Positions 22,601 through 30,784 of a stretch of 32,000 nt of DNA are shown here, piece after piece. A program made the position numbers and the translations under genes. Numbering within the stretch: the stretch's first letter is position 1; each line of letters opens with the position of its first letter. The notes below the pieces were generated by a model, which had not been told where the DNA came from, did not search any database, and saw nothing but the letters and a program-made list of their open reading frames with translations. This stretch comes from Mycobacterium leprae TN (lineage in GTDB: Bacteria > Actinomycetota > Actinomycetes > Mycobacteriales > Mycobacteriaceae): positions 1,380,001 through 1,412,000 of the forward strand of contig NC_002677.1 in the NCBI RefSeq assembly GCF_000195855.1. The letters run 5' to 3'.

Positions 22601-25600
22601 GGTCAGCTGGGTCTGGATGGACCCGTTACTGCGGCTCCAGCTACCACCGACACCGGGCTCATCGATTTGGTTACTGCTGAATTGAGTACGGACTGGCCCC
22701 GTTTGGTGGCTCCGGTGTTCGACGTCAAGAAGGCCGTTGTTTTCGACGACCGCTGGGCTAGTGCCCGTGAGGATTTGGTCAGGTTGTGGCTGAATGACGA
22801 GGGTGAGATTGAAGCCCAGTGGTCGCATCTGTCGGAAAGGTTCGAGGGCGCCGGCCACGTCGTTGCTACCCAGGCCACCTGGTGGCAGGGTAAGTCGTTG
22901 GCCGCGGGTCGCCAGATCCACGCGTCGCTGTACGGACGGATCGCTGCCGGTGCCCAGAACCCGGATCGAGGTCTCTACAGCAGTGAAATCGCCGTCGTTA
23001 CAGGAGCTTCAAAGGGTTCGATCGCCGCCTCGGTTGCAGCACGACTGCTCGATGGCGGTGCCACTGTGATAGCGACAACGTCGAAGCTCGACGAGGAAAG
23101 GATAACGTTCTACCGTGCGTTGTACCGTGACCATGCTCGGTACGGCGCCGCGTTGTGGGTGGTCGCGGCCAACATGGCATCCTATTCTGACATTGATGCA
23201 CTGGTTGAATGGATTGGCAACGAACAGACAGAAAGCCTTGGGCCACAGTCGATTCACATCAAGGATGCGCAGACACCGACGCTGCTGTTCCCGTTTGCAG
23301 CGCCGCGTGTGATCGGTGACTTGTCGGAGGCCGGTGCACGCTCCGAGATAGAGATGAAAGTGCTGTTGTGGGCAGTGCAGCGACTGATTGTTGGTCTGTC
23401 GAAGATCGGCACTGAGCGCGATGTCGCGTCGCGGCTGCACGTGGTGTTGCCCGGCTCACCCAACCGCGGCATGTTCGGTGGCGATGGGGCTTACGGCGAA
23501 GCTAAGTCGGCTTTGGACGCCGTGGTGAGTCGTTGGCACGCCGAGTCTTCGTGGGCGGCGCGGGTCAGTCTGGCACATGCGCTGATTGGCTGGACTCGCG
23601 GCACGGGGCTGATGGGGCACAACGACGTTATCGTCAGTGCTGTCGAAGAGGCAGGCGTTACCACGTACTCCACCGATGAGATGGCCGCAATGTTGTTGGA
23701 CTTGTGCAATGCGGAGTCCAAGGTGGCTGCGGCCGGCACGCCGATCACGGTGGACTTGACCGGAGGCCTGGGTGAGGTTGATCTCGACATGGCCGAACTA
23801 GCCGCCAAAGCGCGTGAAGATCATGCGGCGCAGGCCGCAGAAGATGAAGCAACTGAAGCCTCCGAGGTAGCGGGCACGATTGCCGCGTTGCCCTCCCCAC
23901 CTCGCGGCTACACTCCGGCGTCGCCGCACTGGGACGACCTTGATGTCGACCCCGCCGACCTGGTGGTGATTGTCGGTGGCGCCGAAATAGGCCCGTACGG
24001 TTCGTCGCGTACCCGGTTCGAGATGGAGGTTGCGGGCGAACTGTCGGCTGCCGGTGTCCTGGAGTTGGTCTGGACCACTGGATTGATTCGGTGGGAAGAC
24101 GACCCGCAACCCGGTTGGTATGACACCGAATCCGGCGAATTGGTCGACGAGTCCGAATTAGTTGAACGCTACCACGACACCGTGGTGCAGCGTTGCGGCA
24201 TCCGTGAGTTCGTTGATGATGGCACGATCGATCCTGATCATGCGTACCCGCTCCTGGTCTCGGTGTTCTTGGACAAGGACTTCGCGTTCGTCGTCTCCTC
24301 GGAGGCCGACGCTCGTGCCTTTGTCGAGTTCGATCCGGAGCACACGGTTATCCGGCCGGTGCCCGACTCGAGCGACTGGCAGGTCATCCGCAAGGCCGGC
24401 ACCGAGATTAGAGTGCCGCGAAAGATGAAGCTGTCACGGGTCGTTGGTGGTCAGATCCCGACCGGATTCGATCCGACGGTGTGGGGCATTAGCCCCGACA
24501 TGGTCAGTTCCATCGACAGGGTAGCGGTGTGGAGTATCGTAGCAACTGTCGATGCGTTCCTGAGCGCTGGCTTCACCCCCGCCGAGGTGATGCGCTATGT
24601 GCACCCGAGTTTAGTGGCCAACACCATGGGCACCGGTATGGGCGGTGGCACTTCGATACAAAGATTGTATCACAGCAGCTTGTTGGGTCGTAACAAGCCC
24701 AATGACATCTTTCAGGAAATCTTGCCGAATATAGTTGCCGCGCACGTAGTCCAGTCCTATATTGGCAGCTACGGATCGATGATTCACCCGGTCGCTGCAT
24801 GCGCGACGGCCGCGGTGTCGGTCGAGGAGGGTGTCGACAAGATCCGGCTCGGTAAAGCCGAGCTGGTGGTAGCTGGCGGCATAGATGACCTGACGTTGGA
24901 AGGCATCATTGGCTTCGGCGATATGGCGGCCACCGCCGACACCGCCATGATGCGTGGCCGGGGCATCCACGATTCCAAGTTCTCCAGGCCCAACGATCGG
25001 CGTCGACTGGGTTTCGTCGAAGCCCAGGGTGGTGGCACCATCCTGCTGGCGCGTGGTGACCTAGCGCTCAAGATGGGTCTTCCGGTGTTTGCGGTGGTGG
25101 CGTTCGCCCAGTCGTTCGGTGACGGTGTGCACACTTCAATCCCAGCTCCGGGCTTGGGCGCGCTTGGCGCAGGCCGCGGTGGCAAGGATTCGCCGTTGGT
25201 CCAGTCGCTGGCCAAGCTTGGTGTGTCTGCTGACGACATTGCAGTGATCTCCAAGCACGACACTTCGACGCTGGCCAATGATCCCAACGAGACCGAGCTG
25301 CATGAGCGGCTCGCTGACGCGATGGGCCGCTCCGCGGGTGCTCCGCTGTTCGTGGTGTCGCAGAAGAGCCTCACAGGCCACGCCAAGGGAGGCGCGGCAG
25401 TCTTCCAGATGATGGGCTTGTGCCAGATGCTGCGGGATGGGGTAATCCCGCCCAACCGCAGCCTGGATTGCGTCGATGAGGAGCTAGCTGGTGCGGCGCA
25501 CTTTGTATGGCTACGCGACACGCTGCGGCTCGGCGAAAAATTCCCGCTTAAGGCCGGCATGCTGACTAGCCTTGGGTTCGGGCACGTGTCGGGTTTAGTG

Positions 25601-25852
25601 GCGTTGGTGCACCCGCAGGCGTTTATCGCCGCGCTAGACCCAGGTCAGCGGGACGACTACCAGCGGCGTGCGAATGTGCGCCTGCTAGCCGGTCAGCGGC
25701 GTCTGGCTTCGGCGATCGCTGGCGGTGCGCCGATGTACGAGCGGCCACCGGACCGTCGCTTCGACCACCATGTGCCGGAGAAGCTGCAAGAGGCAGCGAT
25801 GTTGCTCAATCCGGCTGCTCGGCTTGGTGACGGCGATGCTTATATCGGATGA
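16622..25852 (+). CDS. fas: Type I multifunctional fatty acid synthase (3076 aa), GTG start
   Basis: MTIHEHDQVSADRNG...; acetyltransferase GHSQGV (Ser codon 17066-17068); ER-like block LAGMTPTTVDANIVAAAANAGHWAELAGGG; hot-dog dehydratase SGDHNPIHTD; malonyl/palmitoyl transferase CGHSVGEYTALA (Ser codon 20939-20941); ACP-like LDQIEEMDSIESITDG; ketoreductase VVTGASKGSIAASV; ketosynthase VAACATAAVSVEEG (Cys codon 24800-24802). Uninterrupted ORF. Confidence 0.99.
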   Translation: MTIHEHDQVSADRNGNSLHGSRALADRLKAGEPYVVAFGGQGSAWLETLEELVSSAGLEADLATLVCEVELLLEPVAKELVVVRPIGFEPLQWVRALLAEDLVPSDKHLTSAAVSVPGVLLTQIAVGRALARQGMDLIATPPVGIVGHSQGVLAVEALKAGGARDAELLAMAQLIGAAGTLVARRRGISVLGDRPPMVSVTNADPERIRRLLDEFAQDVRTVLPPVLSIRNGWRSVVITGTPEQLSRFERYCRQISDKEEEDRRKKIRGGDIFAPVFDPVQVEIGFHTPHLADGIGIVGGWAEKVGLDVTLARELTEAILVRGVDWVREITRVHGAGVRWIIDLGPGDILTRLTAPVIRGLGVGIVPVANRGGQRTLFTVGAVPEVVRAWLSYAPTVVQLPDGRIKLSTKFTRLTGRSPILLAGMTPTTVDANIVAAAANAGHWAELAGGGQVTEEIFANRVEQLSGLLEPGRTYQFNALFLDPYLWKLQVGGKRLVQKARQSGAAIDGVVISGGILDLEDAVELIEELGGIGISYVVFKPGTIEQIRSVIRIATEMSTKPVIMHVEGGRAGGHHSWEDLDDLLLATYSELRSHANITVCVGGGIGTPEKAAEYLSGRWAQAYGFPLMPIDGILVGTAAMATKEATTSPSVKRMLVETQGTDQWIGSGKAQGGMASSRSQLGADIHEIDNAASRCGRLLDEVAGDAEAVAERRDEIIAAMANTAKPYFGDVSEMTYLQWLQRYVELTIGEGNSTADTASPGSPWLADTWRDRFQKMLQRAESRLHPSDFGLIKTIFTDPVLLEKPNQAIAALLKYYPDAETVQLHPADAPFFVMLCQMLGKPVNFVPVIDKDVRRWWRSDSLWQAHDARYDADQVCIIPGIAAVAGITQMDEPVGELLDRFEQAAIDEVLAGGAEPVVVMSRRLGRADVAGPLAVVLDAPDVLWAGRIATNPVHRIADPNEWQVNGNLSATHSSTGAQLQVKSEDQQVVLSVPVSNGWIDIPFTLPTNTVDGGALLVSTEDATSAMRAVLAIVAGVDGPELLSPVKDGTAIVTVDWNPERVADHTGVTATFREPLAPSLATVPDALVGACWPAVFSAIGSAVTEAGVLVVEGLLNLLHLDHAVCVVGKLPTVPAQLTVTATVSLAIDTDMGRVVPVSVTIRDTTGADGAVLATLEERFVILGRTGTAELTGPVRAGGAISENATDTPRRRRRDVTLTAPIDMRPFAVVSGDHNPIHTDRTAALLAGLESPIVHGMWLSAAAQHVVMATDGQARPAARLIGWTARFLGMAHPGDKVDFRVDRIGIDQGAEILEVSARISSGLVMSATARLAAPKTVYAFPGQGIQHKGMGMDVRARSKAARRVWDDADKFTRSGLGFSVLHVVRDNPTNITANGVHYHHPDGVLYLTQFTQVAMATVAVAQVAEMREQGAFVEGAIACGHSVGEYTALACVMGVYELEALLETVFHRGSKMHDIVLRDELGRSNYRLAAIRPSQIGLPDDEVPAFVRGIAESTGEFLEIVNFNLRGSQYAIAGTVHGLEALEAEVERRRELTGGRRSFILVPGIDVPFHSRVLRVGVAEFRRSLDRVLPQDQDPDWIIGRYIPNLVPRPFTLARDFIQEIRDLVPAEPLDDILADYDTWRRERPSEMARRVLIELLAWQFASPVRWIETQDLLFTEEAAGGLGVERFVEIGVKSAPTVAGLATDTLKLPEYSHNTVEVLNVERDAAVLFATDTDPELEPEPENVSDASAALPAESALALGTVAPAPVVPSGPRPEDISFGAADATLALIALSAKMRLDQIEEMDSIESITDGASSRRNQLLVDLGSELSLGAIDGVAEADLAGLRSQVTKLARTYKPYGPVLSELINDQLRSALGPSGKRPGVIAERVKKIWELGDGWVKHVTVEIALGTREGTSVRGGPLGNLNEGALADVDSVDKAVDAAVASVAARHGVVVALPSAGSGGSATVDVAALSEFTDQITGHDGVLASAARLVLGQLGLDGPVTAAPATTDTGLIDLVTAELSTDWPRLVAPVFDVKKAVVFDDRWASAREDLVRLWLNDEGEIEAQWSHLSERFEGAGHVVATQATWWQGKSLAAGRQIHASLYGRIAAGAQNPDRGLYSSEIAVVTGASKGSIAASVAARLLDGGATVIATTSKLDEERITFYRALYRDHARYGAALWVVAANMASYSDIDALVEWIGNEQTESLGPQSIHIKDAQTPTLLFPFAAPRVIGDLSEAGARSEIEMKVLLWAVQRLIVGLSKIGTERDVASRLHVVLPGSPNRGMFGGDGAYGEAKSALDAVVSRWHAESSWAARVSLAHALIGWTRGTGLMGHNDVIVSAVEEAGVTTYSTDEMAAMLLDLCNAESKVAAAGTPITVDLTGGLGEVDLDMAELAAKAREDHAAQAAEDEATEASEVAGTIAALPSPPRGYTPASPHWDDLDVDPADLVVIVGGAEIGPYGSSRTRFEMEVAGELSAAGVLELVWTTGLIRWEDDPQPGWYDTESGELVDESELVERYHDTVVQRCGIREFVDDGTIDPDHAYPLLVSVFLDKDFAFVVSSEADARAFVEFDPEHTVIRPVPDSSDWQVIRKAGTEIRVPRKMKLSRVVGGQIPTGFDPTVWGISPDMVSSIDRVAVWSIVATVDAFLSAGFTPAEVMRYVHPSLVANTMGTGMGGGTSIQRLYHSSLLGRNKPNDIFQEILPNIVAAHVVQSYIGSYGSMIHPVAACATAAVSVEEGVDKIRLGKAELVVAGGIDDLTLEGIIGFGDMAATADTAMMRGRGIHDSKFSRPNDRRRLGFVEAQGGGTILLARGDLALKMGLPVFAVVAFAQSFGDGVHTSIPAPGLGALGAGRGGKDSPLVQSLAKLGVSADDIAVISKHDTSTLANDPNETELHERLADAMGRSAGAPLFVVSQKSLTGHAKGGAAVFQMMGLCQMLRDGVIPPNRSLDCVDEELAGAAHFVWLRDTLRLGEKFPLKAGMLTSLGFGHVSGLVALVHPQAFIAALDPGQRDDYQRRANVRLLAGQRRLASAIAGGAPMYERPPDRRFDHHVPEKLQEAAMLLNPAARLGDGDAYIG

Positions 25853-25880
25853 GTTCGGTCATCGGTTAACGTAGCACTTC

Positions 25881-26273
25881 GTGGGCATTGTCGGCGTGGG
25901 AATCGACCTCGTCTCCATCCCTGATTTCGCCGAGCAGGTCAGCCAACCGGGAACGGTGTTCATGACTATCTTCACTCCTGGTGAGCGTCGCGATGCCTCG
26001 GTCAAGAGTTCGTCGGCGGTGTGTCACCTGGCGGCGCGTTGGGCTGTGAAGGAAGCGGTGATCAAGGCGTGGTCAGGATCGCGGTTCGCCCAGCGACCGA
26101 TGCTGCCAGAGAACATCCACCGCGATATCGAGGTAGTCAACGACATGTGGGGCCGTCCGCGGGTCCGGCTCACCGGAGCCATCGCTAAGCATCTGACGGA
26201 TGTGACGATCCATGTGTCGCTGACGCACGAAGGGGATATCGCGGCGGCAGTGGTGATCTTGGAGGTTCTGTGA
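25881..26273 (+). CDS. acpS: Holo-[acyl-carrier-protein] synthase, GTG start, 130 aa
   Basis: MGIVGVGIDLVSIPDF ... FTPGER ... AARWAVKEAVIKAWSG ... VTIHVSLTHEGDIAAAVVILE; typical AcpS G(I/V)D and WxxKEAxxKA motifs; 3' of fas as in M. tuberculosis. Confidence 0.97.
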   Translation: MGIVGVGIDLVSIPDFAEQVSQPGTVFMTIFTPGERRDASVKSSSAVCHLAARWAVKEAVIKAWSGSRFAQRPMLPENIHRDIEVVNDMWGRPRVRLTGAIAKHLTDVTIHVSLTHEGDIAAAVVILEVL

Positions 26274-26312
26274 GCTGGGGTACCTCCCCCGTTTGTGGGG
26301 AGGTACCCCAGC
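26274..26312. terminator. Strong inverted repeat: 16-bp perfect arms, 7-nt loop, abutting the acpS stop codon; possible terminator or intergenic palindromic element
   Basis: GCTGGGGTACCTCCCC-CGTTTGT-GGGGAGGTACCCCAGC. No U-tract follows, so a classical intrinsic terminator is not certain. Confidence 0.7.
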
Positions 26313-26362
26313 CGCCTGCGGCGCAAGCTGGCGTGCAGTAGACGCTGGACTAGCCTCAAGCC

Positions 26363-27691
26363 ATGAGTGATCTTATTGAGCGTGTTCGTGAAGTGCTACC
26401 GTTGGTACGACGCGACCTTGAGAATTTGGTCCGGATCGAATCGGTGTGGGCCGATCCTGGCCGGCGGAATGAGGTGCACCGCAGCGCGCAAGTGGTCTTA
26501 GATCTGTTGTCGCAAGCGGGTTTTAACTTTGTGCGTATCGTCAGTGAGGGTGGTGCGCCGGCCGTCATTGCTCGGTATCCGGCCCCACTGGGAACGCCCA
26601 CCGTTTTGCTGTATGCCCACCATGACGTTCAGCCGGAAGGTGACCGCGACCAGTGGGCGTCGCCGCCTTTCGAGCCCACTGAACGCGACGGGCGAATCTA
26701 CGGTCGCGGCAGCGCCGATGATAAAGCAGGCATTGCAACGCATTTAGCTGCGTTCCGGGCGCATGGTGGTCGACCGCCGGTGGGTGTGACAGTCTTCGTG
26801 GAGGGCGAAGAAGAATCCGGATCGCCGTCGCTGGGCAGGTTGCTGGCCGCCCACCGCGATGCGCTGGCTGCTGACGTGATCATAATTGCCGACTCGGATA
26901 ACTGGAGTACCGATGTCCCTGCGCTGACGGTGTCACTGCGTGGCTTAGTCGACTGCGTCGTTGAGGTCGCCACACTTGACCACGGGCTGCATTCCGGATT
27001 GTGGGGTGGCGTGGTTCCTGACGCGCTGAGTGTGCTGATGCGGCTGCTGGCCAGCCTGCACGACGACGACGGCAACGTTGCCGTGGCGGGTCTGCATGAA
27101 AGTACTACTGCTGCAGACGTGAACTATCCGCACGAGCGAGTACGGGCTGACTCTGGCTTGTTGGATGGGGTGTCAGAAATAGGCTCGGGTTCAGTGCCGC
27201 AGCGGCTATGGGCCAAACCGGCGATCACTGTGATTGGTATCGACACCACATCCGTTGCCGCAGCCTCGAACATGCTGATCCCGCGGGCCCGGGCCAAGAT
27301 CAGCATGCGGATCGCGCCGGGCGGTGACGCTGCGGTGCACCTGGATGCGTTGACCGCGCATCTGCAGCGGTATGCTCCGTGGGGTGCCCAAGTCAGCGTT
27401 ATCCGCGGCGAGGTCAGCCAACCGTACGCCATCGAGGCCAGCGGCGGAGTTTATGACACCGCGCGGACAGCGTTCCGGCAGGCGTGGGGTGCTGATCCGA
27501 CCGATATGGGGATGGGTGGCTCGATCCCGTTCATCGCCGAGTTCGCCTCCGCGTTTCCGCAAGCGAAGATCCTGGTCACCGGTGTCGGAGACCCTGCAAC
27601 GCAGGCTCACGGCGTTAACGAGAGCGTGCATTTGGGTGTGTTAGAACGCGCGGCGGTCGCTGAAGCGCTGTTGTTGGCCAACTTGGCCTGA
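26363..27691 (+). CDS. M20-family metallopeptidase/dipeptidase (Rv2522c-like), 442 aa
   Basis: VLLYAHHDVQP, GRGSADDKAG, VFVEGEEESGSPS, DHGLHSGLWGG motifs of the M20 family; located after acpS. Confidence 0.93.
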   Translation: MSDLIERVREVLPLVRRDLENLVRIESVWADPGRRNEVHRSAQVVLDLLSQAGFNFVRIVSEGGAPAVIARYPAPLGTPTVLLYAHHDVQPEGDRDQWASPPFEPTERDGRIYGRGSADDKAGIATHLAAFRAHGGRPPVGVTVFVEGEEESGSPSLGRLLAAHRDALAADVIIIADSDNWSTDVPALTVSLRGLVDCVVEVATLDHGLHSGLWGGVVPDALSVLMRLLASLHDDDGNVAVAGLHESTTAADVNYPHERVRADSGLLDGVSEIGSGSVPQRLWAKPAITVIGIDTTSVAAASNMLIPRARAKISMRIAPGGDAAVHLDALTAHLQRYAPWGAQVSVIRGEVSQPYAIEASGGVYDTARTAFRQAWGADPTDMGMGGSIPFIAEFASAFPQAKILVTGVGDPATQAHGVNESVHLGVLERAAVAEALLLANLA

Positions 27692-27759
27692 GTGGCGTCA
27701 AAAATCGTGCGGTTCCCGGGCTCTGCTGTCTTGTGTCTGTGGCGGTGAGTTGTTCGGTT

Positions 27760-28590
27760 GGTTTCATAGGTGGTGGGTGAAATGGCTGTTTTTGCGTTTT
27801 ATGACTGGCCGATATGTTCGGTAGTCGTGGGGGGCAGCCCGGAATCCTGTTGACGTGTTTTGCTGTGTTGCGGGGTTTTTGTTGATGGGTGGCTGACTGC
27901 CTGCTTTCGATGAGGCTTCGTGTGCTTTGCCGCAGTGGACACGATTAGCGCGGCGCACGTAAGCATGTCGGTGGTGGATGCTGCTTGGTCTACATGTTGA
28001 TGATGCCAGGGGCTGGGCACCTGGGCTGTGCTGAAGGCGATATCGATGCAGGCGTGAGTGTGAGGATAGTTGTTAGCGCCGCGGGGTAGGGGCGTTTTAG
28101 TGTGCATGTCATGGCCTTGAGGTGTCGGCGTGGTCAATGTGGCCGCACCTGAACAGGCACGTCCCCGTGCACGGTATAACTATTCGCACCTGATGTTATC
28201 CCTTGCACCATTTCTGCCGCTGGTATCGGTGTCGGCGGCTTGTTGACCGGCCCTCAGCCAGCAAGCAGGCATGCCGCCGGGTGCAGCAGTATCGTGTTAG
28301 TGAACAGTGCATCGATGATCCGGCCGTCGGCGGCACATACGGCAACCTTCTAGCGCAGATCAACCACCCACACCCCACCAGCCCACCACAACACCACCAC
28401 CCAAGGCCTCAATCACCCCAACAATGCCCCGTCCGATGCTGACTCGCACAGGTCGCTGCGGTGCTGTGGCCCGTGTGTCGAACTCATTGGCGTGGTCGGC
28501 AACCGGCTTGGACGCCACGCGTTGCTTGATCCGGTGCGCCGCTGGCGCAAAATGGATACTGGTGTAGTGGCTACGCAATTCGTGTGGTGA
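27760..28590. repeat. RLEP dispersed repeat element of M. leprae (presence confident, ends approximate)
   Basis: Contains exact matches to remembered RLEP PCR primers: TGCATGTCATGGCCTTGAGG at 28103 and the reverse complement of CACCGATACCAGCGGCAGAA ending at 28232; also GCAGCAGTATCGTGTTAGTGAA at 28283 and the reverse complement of CGCTAGAAGGTTGCCGTATG ending at 28356. Confidence 0.92.
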
Positions 28591-29443
28591 TTAAACAACT
28601 AAACGAATGATGCGTCTGTGTCCCAGTGCGCCGTGGAATTCCCACTAAGTTGCGGTCTTCAGCGACGCTGATAAAAATGCGGATTTCATCGCTTTTACAT
28701 AGATAGGTAATTGATTTGTGGACTATCGGCTTACTCGGGAACAGAACCGTAAATTGGGTTCCGTGCTTAAGTAGATTCACCTGTATGAAACTTACCCCAT
28801 CATCTCACCATCGTTGCAGATCTTGAAGTGCCAACTGTCTACCTGGGAGTTGGCAAGAGCAGAAATCGGAGGAATGCCGAATAGAGTAGTGTAGGAGGGT
28901 ACTCTAAATTGTCCTGGCCGACTACATTAGCGTCAGCTCCGATGCGCGGTCCAGCGGCATGTCCGCGACGTCTTGATCGGAGTTTAACGACATCTGTGTA
29001 TCTTACGGAAAGACGATCCGGTGGCAGGGATCTTAATCGGAACAAAGCCGGTTAACCACCTCGTTGTCGTGAAGTAAGCTAAATTGCGGCGAGTATCGCT
29101 TGGGGTGATCGTGTAATACGTTTCGGCTCCGGTAGTTTTCTGTTCAGCCACGGCGGAGATCGTGAACACTCCGCCGCAGAATTGTGTGTTCGTCGATAAG
29201 CAAGTAGATGCGAACGCAACTATTTGCTGCTCGTCCATAAACTGCACGCCCATGATTTCGCAGTGCGCCGAGGTGTAGTCGAGTGACAGAGGGAATTCGG
29301 GAAGGGCTCTCTCGGTAACCTCGAAGAATTTGGCCCACTCGCCTTATCGCGGGGGGATCTATGGTGCGGATGGATGTGTGCTGACGCTGCTCGGATGCAG
29401 TAACCGTGATAGCTGCCCACCTTTGCCAGCTGGAATGGCGCTC

Positions 29444-29479
29444 CGTCTCTAAACCATAGGGCGTCTCTAAACCATAGGG
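29444..29479. repeat. 2 x 18-bp perfect tandem duplication
   Basis: CGTCTCTAAACCATAGGG repeated twice in direct succession. Confidence 0.97.
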
Positions 29480-30569
29480 CGATGTACATAATCTTAACAT
29501 CATGTGAATTTCTGCGAACGCTACGCCGATGACCATAGCGTAGCAATGGAGATGGTCAGTCTTCAAAGAGGCAGGTGAGGTGATCGGCGTGCGGAATGAT
29601 CGAGAACTGGAAGCAAGCCCACTGCAGCCGGTTTGGGGTAGCCGACAGGTGATTTCGCCATTCGCTTGAATCATTTAGCTAGTCATGTCTAATTGGGACA
29701 AACTGGAGATCGCTGGGATTGCTGATCATCCGCCACATGAAGTAGTTGGTGGCAGTATGCTCGAACCAACTGCGGTAGGTATCATGGCAACCCAGGTGTG
29801 CATTGATTGACGTGCGTAATGGTACGGATATCGTATATCGTAGTGAACTGGCATGTCCCAGGAAGAAATAAGCATCCGTGACTTTCTCACAGACCGCGGG
29901 CGGCATATGGGTGATAGTTACGAAGGTGTATGGGCGTGTATATAGAGCTGGCTGGGACGGTGTTCACCAGTGCTTGGTTGGCTTTACCGATCGTTACGGG
30001 GGACGGTTGTCAGGACACGAGCGAGTCCAGTTGTGGCATGTATTCCTGAAGTGGAACAACCTTCACTTCCCCCTACTGTGATCACTTTTCTCCAAGTCGC
30101 TCAGCGATTGCATTTCGCCCGACGGCCGCTACGTCATCGCAACTTCAATGGTTGCTAGCGGTGTGCACAGAAAGCAGGTTTTGAACTGCGATCTTTGCCT
30201 AACACAATTGTCGTGATAACGTCTTTATCACGCCGACGGTCCTGTCGATAGCAATTGAGGCAGAGTTCGGTGCCAGCGGCTAGTTGATAACAAATATGGA
30301 TCGTGATCGCGTGGTAGGTACTATATCCTCTTACCTGTTTAGTTGTTTAGTGGTCGTGCGCAAAAAGCGAAACCCGATCAGTCGGTGCAGGGCTTTCGTA
30401 CCATCGCTGTATGTGCTGGTTTCTCCAGCTAGTGACCTTCGTTAGCTATGACTGAACTTAGGCGATGTAGTGGTGGTTGGATTCGCCGTTTCTGCAGCAT
30501 TTACTTTATCCTGGTCTCACCTCCTTGCGGCTTGCGGTGCCACAACCCGCGCGGATCAGTAGAATCGTC

Positions 30570-30745
30570 GCTAACGGCGTCGATCCGGCCATCACCGGTT
30601 AGCCTTCGGAAGAATAGCGCTACGTCCTAGTAGAAGCCCAGTAAAACCGAACGGGTGGGCCCGTCACAGCCTCGAATGAGTGGCCGTGCGTTCGCGTGCG
30701 GCAAGCGGGGTGGTACCGCGGCGCTCGCGCACCTAGCGCGTCGTC
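30570..30745 (+). promoter_or_regulatory. T-box riboswitch leader of ileS (actinobacterial, likely translational type)
   Basis: T-box consensus GGGGTGGTACCGCGG at 30707-30721; putative isoleucine specifier ATC at 30591-30593 within CCGGCCATCACCGG; 8-bp stem (with two G-U pairs) capped by TTCG at 30683-30702 just before the T-box; AGGAG at 30776-30780 before the ileS ATG. Outer limits approximate. Confidence 0.9.
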
Positions 30746-30784
30746 GTCCCCGTGTCTACTTGTGTTAAGTGGCCCAGGAGACGT

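Noticed and set aside
16402-25560. Numerous long antisense and alternate-frame ORFs over fas (e.g. 313 aa at 16402-17343, 267 aa at 17288-18091, 258 aa at 24784-25560, 227 aa at 22238-22921)
   Set aside because: They lie opposite a fully open, conserved 3076-codon gene, have low-complexity Arg/Ser/Pro-rich sequences, and match no family I recognise; typical shadow ORFs.
27206-27631. 141-aa and 90-aa ORFs overlapping the M20 peptidase gene
   Set aside because: Shadow ORFs of a conserved coding region; no recognisable domain.
28203-28578. ORFs inside the RLEP element (79 aa, 72 aa and others)
   Set aside because: They lie within a known multicopy repeat and show no transposase signature; unlikely to be translated genes.
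28984-29674. Overlapping minus-strand ORFs of 89, 108 and 176 aa
   Set aside because: Could be frames of one decayed gene (e.g. MGVQFMDEQQIV...), but I could not assign a family, so no feature is reported.
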